Below are positions 18,329 through 29,439 of a stretch of DNA of 64,000 nucleotides, piece by piece. Source of the stretch: an uncultured Pelagibacteraceae bacterium (GTDB lineage: Bacteria > Pseudomonadota > Alphaproteobacteria > Pelagibacterales > Pelagibacteraceae); contig CACHQX010000001.1 of assembly GCA_902582235.1 (NCBI GenBank), forward strand, positions 80,768 through 144,767, given 5' to 3'. The position numbers and the translations under genes are program-made. Numbering within the stretch: position 1 is the first letter of the stretch; each line of letters begins with the position of its first letter. Under the pieces are notes generated by a model. That model made no database searches. It had not been told where the DNA came from and saw only the letters and a list, made by a program, of their open reading frames with translations.

Positions 18329-18807
18329 TCGGTAATATCCTCAACCCTTCCTTTTGTTAGGTCTTTTAATTTTGAAATATCTATTTTGAATATACTATTT
18401 GGATGTCCCGCTGCAGCATACACAATTTGAAATCTTTCAAGAGTTTTATCAATAATTATATCTAGGTTATTTATATGACCTACAGGTGAAACACCACCAA
18501 TAGTAAAACCAGTTTGAGCTTTTACCTCATCCGCACTTGCCATTGAAACATCTTTTTTGGAAATAACCTTTTTAAGCTTGTTTAAAGAACATCTTTTATC
18601 GCCAGATATTAAACAAATTAAAAATTCCGTCTCTGTTTTGAAAACTAAACTTTTAACGATAGCTCCCTCCTCACAATTTAATACATTGGCTGCTTCCTTT
18701 GCTGTTCTCGCAGTTTTTTCCAAAATTTGAACCTTGAGGTTTTCATTAAACTTATTTAAAGCTTCGATTACTCTTTTAACAGGCGCTTTGTCTAATAAGT
18801 CATTCAT
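18325..18807 (-). CDS. YbaK/EbsC family aminoacyl-tRNA deacylase
   Basis: TAKEAA, IVKSLVF, TGFTIGGVSPVGH, AAAG. Confidence 0.9.
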   Translation of the reverse strand: MNDLLDKAPVKRVIEALNKFNENLKVQILEKTARTAKEAANVLNCEEGAIVKSLVFKTETEFLICLISGDKRCSLNKLKKVISKKDVSMASADEVKAQTGFTIGGVSPVGHINNLDIIIDKTLERFQIVYAAAGHPNSIFKIDISKLKDLTKGRVEDITE

Positions 18808-18947
18808 TCAACTAATAGTTGTTTGTAAGATATTAATAACTTAGGTATCAATCCATGTTTAAATTGCATATGAGATATCAATATAATGAACGATATTAAT
18901 ATATTTTTATTTGCTATTAAACGTTAAAAATTGAAAGGTCAAATTAT

Positions 18948-20354
18948 ATGAGTGCAAAAGACATATTAAAAAAAATTAAAGAAAAAGAAATTGAATATGT
19001 AGATTTAAGATTTACTGACCCTAGAGGTAAATTACAACACGTAACACAAGATCTAATTACAGTAAATGAAGATATGCTTAACGATGGTATTTTTTTTGAC
19101 GGTTCATCAATTGCTGGTTGGAAAGCGATTAATGAGTCTGATATGATTTTAAAGCCCGATTTATCAAATAGTTTCGTAGACCCTTTTTTTTCACACTCTA
19201 CATTAGTGCTTTTTTGTGATGTAATGGATCCGATTACCAAGACTTTTTATGAAAGAGATCCACGATCCACTGCAAAAAAAGCTGAGGAATATTTAAAAAA
19301 AACTAAAATAGGAGATAAAGCTTATTTTGGACCAGAACCAGAATTTTTTGTATTTGATGATGTAAAATTTTCTAACGATATGAATAAAACAGGTTTTGAA
19401 ATTGATAGTATTGAAGGTCCTTACAATACAGGAAAGAAATATGATAATGGAAATATGGGACATAGACCTAAAATTAAAGGTGGTTACTTCCCAGTTCCTC
19501 CAGTTGATGGAGGTCAAGATTTAAGATCTGAGTGTCTTAAAGCAATGAGAGATATGGGTGTAAAAGTCGAGAAACATCACCACGAAGTTGCACCAAGCCA
19601 ACACGAACTTGGAACATTATTTAATACTTTAGTCAATCAAGGTGACAGTATGCAAATTTATAAATATGCAGTTCACAATGTGGCTCATTCATTTGGTAAA
19701 ACAGCTACGTTTATGCCAAAGCCAGTTAAAAATGATAACGGCTCAGGTATGCATATCCATCAGTCTATTTTTAATGGAGATAAGCCTTTGTTCGCAGGAG
19801 ACAAATACGCCGGACTATCTGATGAATGTTTGTACTACATTGGTGGAATTATAAAACACGCAAGAGCACTTAACGCTTTTTCAAACGCTTCTACTAACAG
19901 CTACAAAAGACTAATTCCAGGATTTGAAGCTCCAGTGCTATTAGCTTACTCATCTAGAAACAGATCTGCAAGCTGTCGAATACCATTTAGTACAAGTAAA
20001 AAAGGTAAAAGAGTTGAAGTAAGATTTCCTGATGCTTCTGGGAATCCTTATTTAACATTTTCAGCAATGTTGATGGCAGGTTTAGATGGAATTAAGAATA
20101 AAATCAAACCTGGTAAACCAATGGACCAAGACTTATATGCTTTAAGTCCTGAGGAGCTAAAAGGTATTCCGACTGTTTGTTCATCATTAAGACAGGCTTG
20201 TGTAGCTTTAGATGAAGACCGAAAATTTTTAACTGAAGGTGGAGTGTTTACTGACGATCAGATTGATGCTTACATTGACTTGAAAATGGAAGAAGTAAAT
20301 AACTTTCAAGATACTCCGCATCCTATTGAATACGAAATGTATTATAGTTGTTAA
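18948..20354 (+). CDS. glnA: Glutamine synthetase type I
   Basis: [47 protein letters not shown] adenylylation Tyr. Confidence 0.98.
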   Translation: MSAKDILKKIKEKEIEYVDLRFTDPRGKLQHVTQDLITVNEDMLNDGIFFDGSSIAGWKAINESDMILKPDLSNSFVDPFFSHSTLVLFCDVMDPITKTFYERDPRSTAKKAEEYLKKTKIGDKAYFGPEPEFFVFDDVKFSNDMNKTGFEIDSIEGPYNTGKKYDNGNMGHRPKIKGGYFPVPPVDGGQDLRSECLKAMRDMGVKVEKHHHEVAPSQHELGTLFNTLVNQGDSMQIYKYAVHNVAHSFGKTATFMPKPVKNDNGSGMHIHQSIFNGDKPLFAGDKYAGLSDECLYYIGGIIKHARALNAFSNASTNSYKRLIPGFEAPVLLAYSSRNRSASCRIPFSTSKKGKRVEVRFPDASGNPYLTFSAMLMAGLDGIKNKIKPGKPMDQDLYALSPEELKGIPTVCSSLRQACVALDEDRKFLTEGGVFTDDQIDAYIDLKMEEVNNFQDTPHPIEYEMYYSC

Positions 20355-20378
20355 AGTATTAAGTGAGTTTTAGAAAAA

Positions 20379-22436
20379 TCAGTTAATTAAATCTTTAAGA
20401 TAATTAATAACAGATTTTCTTTTTTCTCTTTTAGCCTCATCTAAAGGTGTAGCACCCCATCTATCTCTAACGAATAAAGGGTGTCCATGTGTAACCAAGT
20501 ACTCAACTACGTCTAAGCAGCCTTCAGCAGCTGCAAGGTGTAAAGCTGTTCTAGAGTCATAATCTCCGGCATGCACAGGTATTCCCTTTGCAACCAAATT
20601 TCGTATACCTTCAACGTTGTTTTCGGAAGCTGCGAACAATAGTTCAATGACTGCTAATTCATCATCATAAATTGCCATCTTGTCGGTTTTTCCATTAGGA
20701 TCTTCAATTAAGTGTGATGCTTGAGTGTAATCAATATCAAGTTTTTCAAATTCCTTTACAATTTCTTTATGATTATTATTTTTTGCATCAAAGTATCCGT
20801 AACCGCCCCAACGATCTGGTATCGGTTTAACACCCTGTTTAAGTAAAAATTGAACTGCTTCTAGTTGACCTTCAGCTGACGCTAAATGCAATGGAGTTCT
20901 CATATCATAGTCTCCGTTTTGAAGATCTCTTTGTTCACTAACTAAACGCTCCAATGTTCTAATATTTCCATTGCTTGCAGCCCAAATTGCCTCTCCACAG
21001 CTATTCGCACGCCACTTCGAAATTGGTATTTTTGGATCAAGACGATCTGTATCTGTCATTGTACCATCAAAAGTATGAACTAAATATTTTGATGTAATTC
21101 GTCTCGCCATTTCAATTCCTCTAACACTATTTCCTTGTTTGTCTAAGCGAGGTGAAAAAATACATATTCCCATCAGTCTTGGAACTATTAATATAACTCC
21201 ACCACCTACTCCGCTTTTTGCTGGTAATCCCACTTGTTGAAAGAATGTACCACTAGCATTATACATCCCACTAGTTTGTAGAACTGGTAAACAATTTCTT
21301 ACAGTTTTCTGACTTAGTACACGATCTTGAGTTAGGGGATTAACGCCACTATTAGCAAGCGTGGCTGCGGCCGTTGCAAAATTTACAGAAGTCATCTCTA
21401 ATGAACATATGCTAAAATAGAGCTTGAGTGCTTCAGTAACTGCGGGTTCTGTGTAAAAGTCAAATTCATCCTCATCAGGATGTATGTCATTGTGCAGCTT
21501 GGTTTTGGTATGGGGTAAATTGCCTGTAGCCATCAAAAGATAACCCATTGCAATATTATTATATCCCGTAAAATTTTCTTGGCGAGCCATATTTTTATTG
21601 AATCTTGGTAACTCAGCACCAAAATCATCTTTTGGAGACCATCCTATTAGCCTGCCAAACTGTTGTCTTATGTATCTTAATCTTTGACTGTGAGACTCTT
21701 CAGGACCTATTAGACCAGCTGTCATTATCGCACCAGCGTTGACCATTGGGTTAAAAGGAACGCGACTAGATTTTCCGTTTCGATTATCTTTAGCATGCTC
21801 TCCTTGCAGGTCACCTATAGCTGTTTTTGCTAATAAAGTTAGATCATCGAATTGTCTACCAGATGGTTCTTGACCAACATGTTGATGAACTTTTTCTAAA
21901 CCCAATCTTTCCATTGCAAAACAATAGTTAAAAGGTTTGCACATAGATTGAATTGAAAAATCAACATTACTATCACCCTTTTGATATATTTGACCATCTG
22001 CTGTTACAATTGCAACACCAAATTGATCTGGATCAACTTCAGCTAGTGGTGGGATGTATGATGCTAATTCCCCTGTTTTAATTTTTTTTACTTCATCAAA
22101 CATACTATCCAAATTTTTTGCAAAATAGCTAAAATCTGGTATTGATAATTCACCTCTTAAAGATTTTTCAACAATTAATTCTGAACTTCGGATAATATCA
22201 ATAAAGTCTTCAAAAACAATTTTATCACCATGAGCGTCTAAATTCTGAAAAAGGTTATATAATCTTTTATCATTGGCTTTTAAACCTGAGTTTAATAAAA
22301 CTTCCTTGAATTTTTTTGTGTTTACTATTTCACTATCGTCTTCACACAAAGAAAAAAACAAATTTGCTTCTCGTTTAGACTTGGTTTTTAATTTTTCTAG
22401 AAAAGTGGCCTTGTTTTTATAAGTGTCCTTTTTCAT
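20379..22436 (-). CDS. glsA: Glutaminase with EF-hand-like N-terminus and duplicated C-terminal ankyrin module
   Basis: ASYIPPLA, QSMCK (SxxK), GQEPSG, NPMVNAGAI, GMYNASG, PAKSGVGGG, GNSVRG; DYDxRTxLH and DRWG each occur twice. Confidence 0.92.
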   Translation of the reverse strand: MKKDTYKNKATFLEKLKTKSKREANLFFSLCEDDSEIVNTKKFKEVLLNSGLKANDKRLYNLFQNLDAHGDKIVFEDFIDIIRSSELIVEKSLRGELSIPDFSYFAKNLDSMFDEVKKIKTGELASYIPPLAEVDPDQFGVAIVTADGQIYQKGDSNVDFSIQSMCKPFNYCFAMERLGLEKVHQHVGQEPSGRQFDDLTLLAKTAIGDLQGEHAKDNRNGKSSRVPFNPMVNAGAIMTAGLIGPEESHSQRLRYIRQQFGRLIGWSPKDDFGAELPRFNKNMARQENFTGYNNIAMGYLLMATGNLPHTKTKLHNDIHPDEDEFDFYTEPAVTEALKLYFSICSLEMTSVNFATAAATLANSGVNPLTQDRVLSQKTVRNCLPVLQTSGMYNASGTFFQQVGLPAKSGVGGGVILIVPRLMGICIFSPRLDKQGNSVRGIEMARRITSKYLVHTFDGTMTDTDRLDPKIPISKWRANSCGEAIWAASNGNIRTLERLVSEQRDLQNGDYDMRTPLHLASAEGQLEAVQFLLKQGVKPIPDRWGGYGYFDAKNNNHKEIVKEFEKLDIDYTQASHLIEDPNGKTDKMAIYDDELAVIELLFAASENNVEGIRNLVAKGIPVHAGDYDSRTALHLAAAEGCLDVVEYLVTHGHPLFVRDRWGATPLDEAKREKRKSVINYLKDLIN

Positions 22437-22499
22437 ATAAGAACAATTAGGTTATTAACTTAATTTAAAAAAAACAACCCTTAATATATATGATAAAAG

Positions 22500-22832
22500 T
22501 TACTCTATTTTAAAAGACTCTCCGCATCCACAACGCTCAGTTTCGTTAGGATTATTAAACACGAAAGATGATGAAAACTCCTCTTCTTTAAAATCCATTG
22601 TAGTACCTAACAAATACATAACGGCACCAGGATCTATAAATACTTTTACACCTTTTTCCTCAATCATTTCATCATTTGGATTTTCTGATTTTGCATATTC
22701 CATAACGTAAGACATCCCAGCACATCCACCACTCTTAACACCAATTCTTACTCCTAAAGATGATTTATCATTCGATAAAATCGACTTAATTCTATCAGCA
22801 GCTTTATCACTAAGTTTAATTATCTGACTCAT
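22500..22832 (-). CDS. sufA: A-type Fe-S carrier SufA/IscA
   Basis: GGCAGMSY, NPN, CGCGESF. Confidence 0.93.
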   Translation of the reverse strand: MSQIIKLSDKAADRIKSILSNDKSSLGVRIGVKSGGCAGMSYVMEYAKSENPNDEMIEEKGVKVFIDPGAVMYLLGTTMDFKEEEFSSSFVFNNPNETERCGCGESFKIE

Positions 22833-23128
22833 AAATTTAACTCCAATTTAGCAGCCTCTGACATCATTGATTTATCCCATGGTGGTTCCCAAACTAATTC
22901 TAACTTTGCATCCTTAACTTCCTTAATACCTTTAACACTGTCCTCTACTTCTTTTGGTAGACTTTCAGCAACTGGGCAATTTGGAGTAGTAAGTGTCATT
23001 TTAATTTCTACAACATTTTCTTTGTCAACTTTAACATTATATATTAAACCTAGATCGTAAATATTTACCGGTATCTCAGGATCATAGATTTTCTTTATTT
23101 CTGCTATAACTTTATCTTTTAACTCCAT
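22829..23128 (-). CDS. sufT: SufT / DUF59 Fe-S assembly protein
   Basis: DPEIPVNIYDLGL, TLTTPNCP, WEPPW. Confidence 0.9.
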   Translation of the reverse strand: MELKDKVIAEIKKIYDPEIPVNIYDLGLIYNVKVDKENVVEIKMTLTTPNCPVAESLPKEVEDSVKGIKEVKDAKLELVWEPPWDKSMMSEAAKLELNL

Positions 23129-23599
23129 TTAATCTTCCTTTTCAGTATTTACTTCTCCAGGTTTATCTGTCATAGCTGAAACTAAAGTATGCCATGGTAA
23201 AGTCGCACATTTTACTCTCATTGGATATTTTTTTACACCTGATAGAGACATAAGCTTAGTTTTTTCATCCTCACTAATAATTTTAGAACTAAGTTCAGGG
23301 CTATCTTTTATCATTTTTAAAAAGTCATCAATCAATTCTTTTACCTCTGGTTCTTCTTTATTTTTCATTAATTCAGTCATTATTGAAGCTGACGCCATGG
23401 ATATCGCGCATCCTTCACCTTCAAATTTGATATCAGAAATCTTTTTATTTTCATCCAATTTTAAATAAACATGAACTTTGTCACCACATAAAGGATTATG
23501 ACCTTTGGCATCTTTATTAAAGTTTTCAAATTTTCCAAGATTTCTAGGGTTCTTCCCATGATCTAGAATTAATTGTTGGTATAAATCTTTTAAGTCCAT
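23129..23599 (-). CDS. sufU: SufU-type sulfur transfer/scaffold protein
   Basis: LYQQLILDH, NPLCGD, GCAISMASAS, RVKCATL. Confidence 0.9.
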   Translation of the reverse strand: MDLKDLYQQLILDHGKNPRNLGKFENFNKDAKGHNPLCGDKVHVYLKLDENKKISDIKFEGEGCAISMASASIMTELMKNKEEPEVKELIDDFLKMIKDSPELSSKIISEDEKTKLMSLSGVKKYPMRVKCATLPWHTLVSAMTDKPGEVNTEKED

Positions 23600-24816
23600 T
23601 ATGAATTAAATATTTTAATACATTTGTTAATTGAGCTGTTTAATTGATCGAGATCATCTTTAGTATTGTAAACACCTAAAGATGCTCTAGCTGTAGCTGC
23701 TAATCCTAATTTTTCATGAAGGATTTGACAACAATGGTGTCCAGCTCTTATTGCAACACCATCTTCATCAAGTATAGTTGCTATATCGTGTGGATGAACT
23801 CCATCTAAAGTGAATGATAAAACTGACCCTTTATTTTTTGGGCTCCCGATTAGTTTTACAGAATTATTTTTTCTTAAAATTTCTTCGCCGTATTTTGTCA
23901 ATTCTCTCTCGTATTCTTCAATTTTTTCTATACCAAGTTTGTTAATGAAATTAATTGACTCACCGAAAGCGATTACTTGTGCAGTTGCCATTGTACCTGC
24001 TTCATATTTATTAGGAAGATCTCCAAAAGTAATTCCTTCTTTTTTTACTTCACCAATCATTCCGCCACCGCCTTGGTAAGGTGGTAACTCTTCTAGCCAT
24101 TTCTTTTTAGCATACAAAACACCAAGACCAGTAGGTCCATACATTTTATGGCAGGATATTGCGTAAAAATCACAATCAAGATCTTGCATATCTAATTTTA
24201 AATGTGGAGCTCCCTGACAACCATCAACAAGAACCGGAATATTCTTTGAATGCGCTAATTGAATAATTTCTTTAATAGGAAGAATTGCACCTGTAACATT
24301 AGATAGATGAGTGATAGCCAAAATTTTTGTTTTAGGAGTAATTTTCTTTTCAATACTTTCAATACTAATATCACCGTTCTCATCTATATCAGCAAAATTA
24401 ATCTTAACACCTTTAGATTTCCTTAAATAATGCCAAGGAACATAGTTTGAATGGTGTTCTAATTCTGTAATTAAAATTTCATCACCTTCTTTTAAATATT
24501 TTTGACCGAAAGTATTTGCTACTAAATTTATTGCCTCAGTTGCACCTTTTGTGAAAACTATCTCGTTTGGATCTTTTGCATTGATGTATTTCTGTACTAA
24601 AACCCTTGTATTTTCGTATAAATTTGTTGCTGCCACAGCTAAGTAATGAACGCTACGACCCACATTTGAAAATTCTTTAGTATAAAAATCGTAAACTCTA
24701 TCTACAACAACTTTTGGTTTTTGAGATGAATTAGCACTATCCAGATAAACCAGATCATTATTATGAACTTTATTATCGAATATCGGAAATTCTTTTTTAA
24801 TATCTTTAATATTCAT
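23599..24816 (-). CDS. sufS: Cysteine desulfurase SufS
   Basis: YLDSA.SSQKP, EHHSN, HKMYGPTG, RAGHHC. Confidence 0.95.
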   Translation of the reverse strand: MNIKDIKKEFPIFDNKVHNNDLVYLDSANSSQKPKVVVDRVYDFYTKEFSNVGRSVHYLAVAATNLYENTRVLVQKYINAKDPNEIVFTKGATEAINLVANTFGQKYLKEGDEILITELEHHSNYVPWHYLRKSKGVKINFADIDENGDISIESIEKKITPKTKILAITHLSNVTGAILPIKEIIQLAHSKNIPVLVDGCQGAPHLKLDMQDLDCDFYAISCHKMYGPTGLGVLYAKKKWLEELPPYQGGGGMIGEVKKEGITFGDLPNKYEAGTMATAQVIAFGESINFINKLGIEKIEEYERELTKYGEEILRKNNSVKLIGSPKNKGSVLSFTLDGVHPHDIATILDEDGVAIRAGHHCCQILHEKLGLAATARASLGVYNTKDDLDQLNSSINKCIKIFNS

Positions 24817-26056
24817 TTTTTAATCCATATAAATTTTTTATAAGTTTTTTAATAGGTTCATCTGTTATTTGATTGATTACTTCCACAAGAAAACCGTTGA
24901 TTAATAATTCTCTTGCCTCTTTGTAACTTAGGCCTCTAGACATCAAATAAAATATTGAATTTTCGTCTAAACTTCCAGAAGCAGATCCATGTGAACATTT
25001 TACATCATCTGCATAAATTTCTAACTCAGGTTTTGCATTAAATTCTGTTGTTTCATCAACCAATATAGCTTTACTTAATTGATAGCCATCTGTTTTTTGT
25101 GCTTTCGAGTCTACATATATTTTTCCTTGATAGACTGATCTTGATTTATTTTCTAAAACACTTTTCACTAACTGATAGCTTTTTGTATTCTCAACTAAAT
25201 GATTAATTTTTGCTTTAATCTCGTGGTGTTTGCTTTTATTAAGTGAAAATATTCCATTTACAAAAGCTGAAGAGTGTTCTCCTTTTAAGTCACAAAAGAT
25301 CTCGTTTTTGGAAAAAGTTGAACCTTTAGACAAATAAAATGTTTCTGAAACACTATTGGAAGATTGTTTAATGTTATTAAACATATATCTAATATTATCA
25401 TTTTCAAACTGATCAATTTTGTAGTTTTTTAAAATTGAATTTTTTTCTAAAGAAAAATTGTAAAAAATATTAATAAAATTTTTATTACCTTTGTCTTTAA
25501 CAAGGTCAACTAATTTTAAAGAACTATTTTCCTCTAACTCAAAATTAATTTTTGAATTTATATTTTGCGATGTTAATTCACTTTTAGTCGTGTGGTAAAT
25601 AATAAGAGGTTTTTTTAGTTGGTAATTTTTTTTAACTAATAATTTATAACTTTTATTTGATAAGGCATTATTCAAATTTATTAAAGAATTATCTGCTAAC
25701 TGTTCATCTATATTATTTTGATTATCTAAAAACTCTATTTTACCTTTATCCTCAGAATTAAAGTCAATCTGTACTAATTGACCATTTATAAAAATCAATT
25801 TGTTATGCTCTATTTCATTTAGTAAAATATCTTTATTTATCTCACCTTTCTTTAATTGTTCAGTGTAAAAATTTAATTCTCCAATTTCTTTTTTAATAAT
25901 TTGATTGATATCTGAAAATTTCCAATCCTCGTCTTTCCTGTTTGGGAATCCGTGGCTTGAGAATTCTTTTGCGTTAAAATTTTTGAAAGCAATTTCCTTT
26001 TCAGATAAATTGTTATTTTTTAACGTTTTCTCAAAGTCTGTTTTAAAATTTTCCAT
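24806..26056 (-). CDS. sufD: Fe-S assembly protein SufD
   Basis: EDWKF, AQKTDG, KPELEIYADDVKCSHG, FYLMSRG. Confidence 0.93.
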   Translation of the reverse strand: MENFKTDFEKTLKNNNLSEKEIAFKNFNAKEFSSHGFPNRKDEDWKFSDINQIIKKEIGELNFYTEQLKKGEINKDILLNEIEHNKLIFINGQLVQIDFNSEDKGKIEFLDNQNNIDEQLADNSLINLNNALSNKSYKLLVKKNYQLKKPLIIYHTTKSELTSQNINSKINFELEENSSLKLVDLVKDKGNKNFINIFYNFSLEKNSILKNYKIDQFENDNIRYMFNNIKQSSNSVSETFYLSKGSTFSKNEIFCDLKGEHSSAFVNGIFSLNKSKHHEIKAKINHLVENTKSYQLVKSVLENKSRSVYQGKIYVDSKAQKTDGYQLSKAILVDETTEFNAKPELEIYADDVKCSHGSASGSLDENSIFYLMSRGLSYKEARELLINGFLVEVINQITDEPIKKLIKNLYGLKNEY

Positions 26057-26790
26057 TAGTTTATGTTTTCATAACCTTTCTTTTCTAACTCTAGCGCTAA
26101 CTCCGGTCCTCCTGATTTAACTACTTTTCCATTCATTAAAACATGAACAAAATCAGGTTTTATATAATTTAGTAATCTTTGGTAGTGGGTAATGATCAAA
26201 AAAGAATTATCTTTTTTTTTTAATGAATTTACTCCATCTGCAACAATTTTTAATGCATCAATATCTAATCCTGAATCTGTTTCATCTAAAATTGATAATT
26301 TTGGCTCTAAGATAGACATTTGTAAAATTTCATTCTTCTTCTTTTCTCCACCTGAAAAACCAACATTTAATTGTCTACTAAGTTTATCTTCATCAAATTT
26401 AAGATTTTTGGCTTTTTCTTTTACTAATTTGAGAAACTCTAATGCGTCTAATTCTTTTTCACCACGCGCTTTTTTAATAGCATTTAAAGAAGTTTTCAAA
26501 AAGATGTTTGTATTTACTCCTGGAATTTCTAAAGGATATTGAAAAGCTAAAAATATTCCTTTGTGCGCTCTTTCCTCTGTTTCAAGATCAAATAAGTTCT
26601 TATTTTCAAATAAAACATCCCCTGTTACGTCGTACCCTTTTTTTCCAGATAAAATATTAGACAGTGTACTTTTTCCTGATCCATTTGGACCCATGATTGC
26701 ATGAACTTCTCCAGGTTTAATTTCAAGGGAGAAGCCATTTAAAATTGATTTGTCCTCGATTTTTGCGTTAAGATTATTAATTTTTAACAT
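26056..26790 (-). CDS. sufC: Fe-S assembly ATPase SufC
   Basis: [31 protein letters not shown]. Confidence 0.96.
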   Translation of the reverse strand: MLKINNLNAKIEDKSILNGFSLEIKPGEVHAIMGPNGSGKSTLSNILSGKKGYDVTGDVLFENKNLFDLETEERAHKGIFLAFQYPLEIPGVNTNIFLKTSLNAIKKARGEKELDALEFLKLVKEKAKNLKFDEDKLSRQLNVGFSGGEKKKNEILQMSILEPKLSILDETDSGLDIDALKIVADGVNSLKKKDNSFLIITHYQRLLNYIKPDFVHVLMNGKVVKSGGPELALELEKKGYENIN

Positions 26791-28226
26791 TAACCAACGC
26801 TCCCTTCTAAACTAATACCAACAAGTTTTTGAGCTTCTACTGCAAATTCCATAGGTAACTGCTGAAGAACTTCTTTACAAAAACCATTTACAATCAAACT
26901 TACCGCTTCCTCAGAATTTAGTCCTCTTTGTTGGCAATAATGTAATTGTTCATCACTTATTTTTGAAGTTGTTGCTTCATGCGCAATATTAGAATTAGCA
27001 TTTTTATTTTTGATGTAAGGAATTGTATGTGCGCCACATTTATTTCCCATAAGCAATGAATCGCATTGAGTATAATTACTAGAGTTTGATGATTTAGGTG
27101 AAATATCAACTAATCCTCTATATGTCATATCAGAAAAACCTGCACTAATACCCTTTGATATAATTTTACTTTTTGTGTTTTTACCCAAATGGATCATTTT
27201 TGTACCTGTATCTGCTTTTTGATGATTGTTTGTAATTGCTATTGAATAAAATTCACCAACTGAATTATCGCCTTGTAATATACAGCTTGGATACTTCCAC
27301 GTGATAGCTGATCCAGTTTCAACTTGTGTCCAAGAAATTTTAGAATTTTTTCCCTTGCATAGACCTCTTTTGGTTACAAAATTATAAATTCCACCTTTTC
27401 CATCTTTATCTCCGGGATACCAATTTTGAACAGTTGAATATTTTATTTCTGCATCATCTAATGCAATCAATTCAACATTTGCAGCATGTAACTGATTTTC
27501 ATCTCTCATCGGCGCGGTACATCCTTCTAAATAACTTACGTAACTTCCTTTGTCTGCAATTATAAGAGTTCTCTCGAACTGACCTGTGTCAGAAGCATTA
27601 ATTCTAAAATATGTTGAAAGCTCCATCGGGCATCTCACACCTGGTGGGATATAAACAAATGACCCATCGGTGAAAACTGCCGAGTTTAATGTTGCAAAGT
27701 AATGATCTGTTATAGGTATTACAGAACCTAAATATTTTTTTACTAAATCAGGATGTTTCTGAATTGCTTCAGAGATAGAACAAAAAATAATTCCTTTCTC
27801 AGTTAATGTATCTTTAAAAGTTGTAGCTACAGATACTGAGTCAAACACTGCATCAACAGCTATACCATTTAATCTTTTCTGTTCGTTCAGCGGAATACCA
27901 AGTTTGTTGTAAGTCTCAATAAGTTTTGGATCTAATTCATCTAAACTTTTTGGTTTTTCTTTAAAACTTTTAGGTGCAGAGTAATAATATAAGTCTTGAT
28001 AATCAATTTTTGGATATTTTGGTTTCTGCCAATCCGGCTCTTTTAAAACTTTTACTCTATTGTAAGCTTTTAGTCGCCATTCCAACAACCACTTAGGTTC
28101 TTTTTTGATATTAGATATAAATTTAATTACATCTTCATTTAAGCCTTTTGGAGCTTTAAAGTTTTCAATATCAGTTGAAAAACCATATTTATAATCTTTT
28201 AATTTTTCTAGTTCTTTTTCTCTCAT
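26790..28226 (-). CDS. sufB: Fe-S assembly protein SufB
   Basis: [46 protein letters not shown]. Confidence 0.97.
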   Translation of the reverse strand: MREKELEKLKDYKYGFSTDIENFKAPKGLNEDVIKFISNIKKEPKWLLEWRLKAYNRVKVLKEPDWQKPKYPKIDYQDLYYYSAPKSFKEKPKSLDELDPKLIETYNKLGIPLNEQKRLNGIAVDAVFDSVSVATTFKDTLTEKGIIFCSISEAIQKHPDLVKKYLGSVIPITDHYFATLNSAVFTDGSFVYIPPGVRCPMELSTYFRINASDTGQFERTLIIADKGSYVSYLEGCTAPMRDENQLHAANVELIALDDAEIKYSTVQNWYPGDKDGKGGIYNFVTKRGLCKGKNSKISWTQVETGSAITWKYPSCILQGDNSVGEFYSIAITNNHQKADTGTKMIHLGKNTKSKIISKGISAGFSDMTYRGLVDISPKSSNSSNYTQCDSLLMGNKCGAHTIPYIKNKNANSNIAHEATTSKISDEQLHYCQQRGLNSEEAVSLIVNGFCKEVLQQLPMEFAVEAQKLVGISLEGSVG

Positions 28227-28648
28227 TAATTTCTACTTTCTTTTTTCTTCACTAGATCACCCAATTTTTTATTTTCAAAAAATGAGTTAATATGTAAATC
28301 AAGTTCATCCCACAAATTGTGAGTTATGCATTTTGAAGATTTACCGTTACAACCTTTCTTTGACTCTTTTTTACATCCAACTGTTTTAACTTTTTCGTCT
28401 AAAGCATAAAAAATATCTGAAATTTTCAGGTCGTTAATGTTTTTAGATATAATATAGCCACCATTTGTACCTCTTACACTTTTAACAATGTTATTTTTTT
28501 TTAATCTTAAAAAAATCTGTTCCAAATAAAGCAAAGATATACTTTGTCTTAGAGATATATCTCTTAAACTAACTGGGTTTTTCCCATCAAATCTTGCTAT
28601 ATCAGCAAGTGCCATTACCGCATATCTTGATTTTGTATTAAGCTTCAT
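28226..28648 (-). CDS. iscR: Rrf2-family Fe-S regulator IscR
   Basis: [28 protein letters not shown], three Cys plus His (C-x7-C-x6-C-ITH); true start at 28648. Confidence 0.9.
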   Translation of the reverse strand: MKLNTKSRYAVMALADIARFDGKNPVSLRDISLRQSISLLYLEQIFLRLKKNNIVKSVRGTNGGYIISKNINDLKISDIFYALDEKVKTVGCKKESKKGCNGKSSKCITHNLWDELDLHINSFFENKKLGDLVKKKESRN

Positions 28649-28675
28649 AATCCGCAATTTATGGGACTTATATAT

Positions 28676-28700
28676 ATACCCGACTAAAATAGTCAAGATT
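28676..28700. promoter_or_regulatory. IscR type-1 operator overlapping the TTGACT -35 of the iscR-suf promoter
   Basis: ATACCCGACTAAAATAGTCAAGATT closely fits the type-1 consensus ATASYYGACTRWWWYAGTCRRSTAT. Confidence 0.8.
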
Positions 28701-28782
28701 GTATTAAAGAAAAAGACTCGCAAATTGACACTGCAATATGATAAATAAAGTTTTTTAGTGAGAATAATAATCATTTACAAAC

Positions 28783-29439
28783 ATGGAAAATAAAATTTTA
28801 GAAATCTTCATTCCTGGACCTGCGGGAAGATTAGAAGCAAAATATTTTAAGAATCATAAAGTTACCTCTCCTATTGCATTAGTTCTTCAGCCTCATCCAC
28901 AGTATGGTGGCACTATGAATAATAAAGTTGTTGTGGATACTTTTCATACTTTTATGGATAATGGTTTTTCTGTTTGTAGGGTAAATTTTAGAGGAGTAGG
29001 TAAAAGTGATGGAGAGTTTGATAATGGTCAGGGTGAGTTGGCAGATGCTGCAGCAGCACTTGACTGGTTAGAAAGGGAAAATTTTGATAATTCACAATGC
29101 TGGGTAGCTGGTTTCTCTTTTGGCTCTTTGATCTCTATGCAATTATTAATGAGACGTCCGGAAATAAATAGATTTATCTCTATATCTCCACAACCTAATG
29201 TTTACGATTTTTCTTTTTTATCACCATGTCCTACATCTGGGCTTATGGTTTATGGAAAAAAAGATGAGTTAGTTCCTAAAGAACATATTAATGAACTTGA
29301 TAAAAGACTCTCTTCTCAAAAAGGAATAAAAGTTGAATTTGAATCTGTTCCTGATGCAAATCACTTTTTTACAAAATCTGAGGAAAATTTAAAAAAAGTT
29401 TTAGATAAGTATATTAAAAAAGAATCTGCCCTATATTAA
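28783..29439 (+). CDS. Alpha/beta hydrolase (conserved neighbour of iscR in alphaproteobacteria)
   Basis: GPAGRLE, PHPQYGGTM, NFRGVG, GFSFG, D..VP, ANHFF. Confidence 0.9.
   Translation: MENKILEIFIPGPAGRLEAKYFKNHKVTSPIALVLQPHPQYGGTMNNKVVVDTFHTFMDNGFSVCRVNFRGVGKSDGEFDNGQGELADAAAALDWLERENFDNSQCWVAGFSFGSLISMQLLMRRPEINRFISISPQPNVYDFSFLSPCPTSGLMVYGKKDELVPKEHINELDKRLSSQKGIKVEFESVPDANHFFTKSEENLKKVLDKYIKKESALY

Noticed and set aside
28649-28774. 42-aa N-terminal extension of IscR
   Set aside because: Runs through the promoter and operator; homology starts at MKLNTKSRY (28648)
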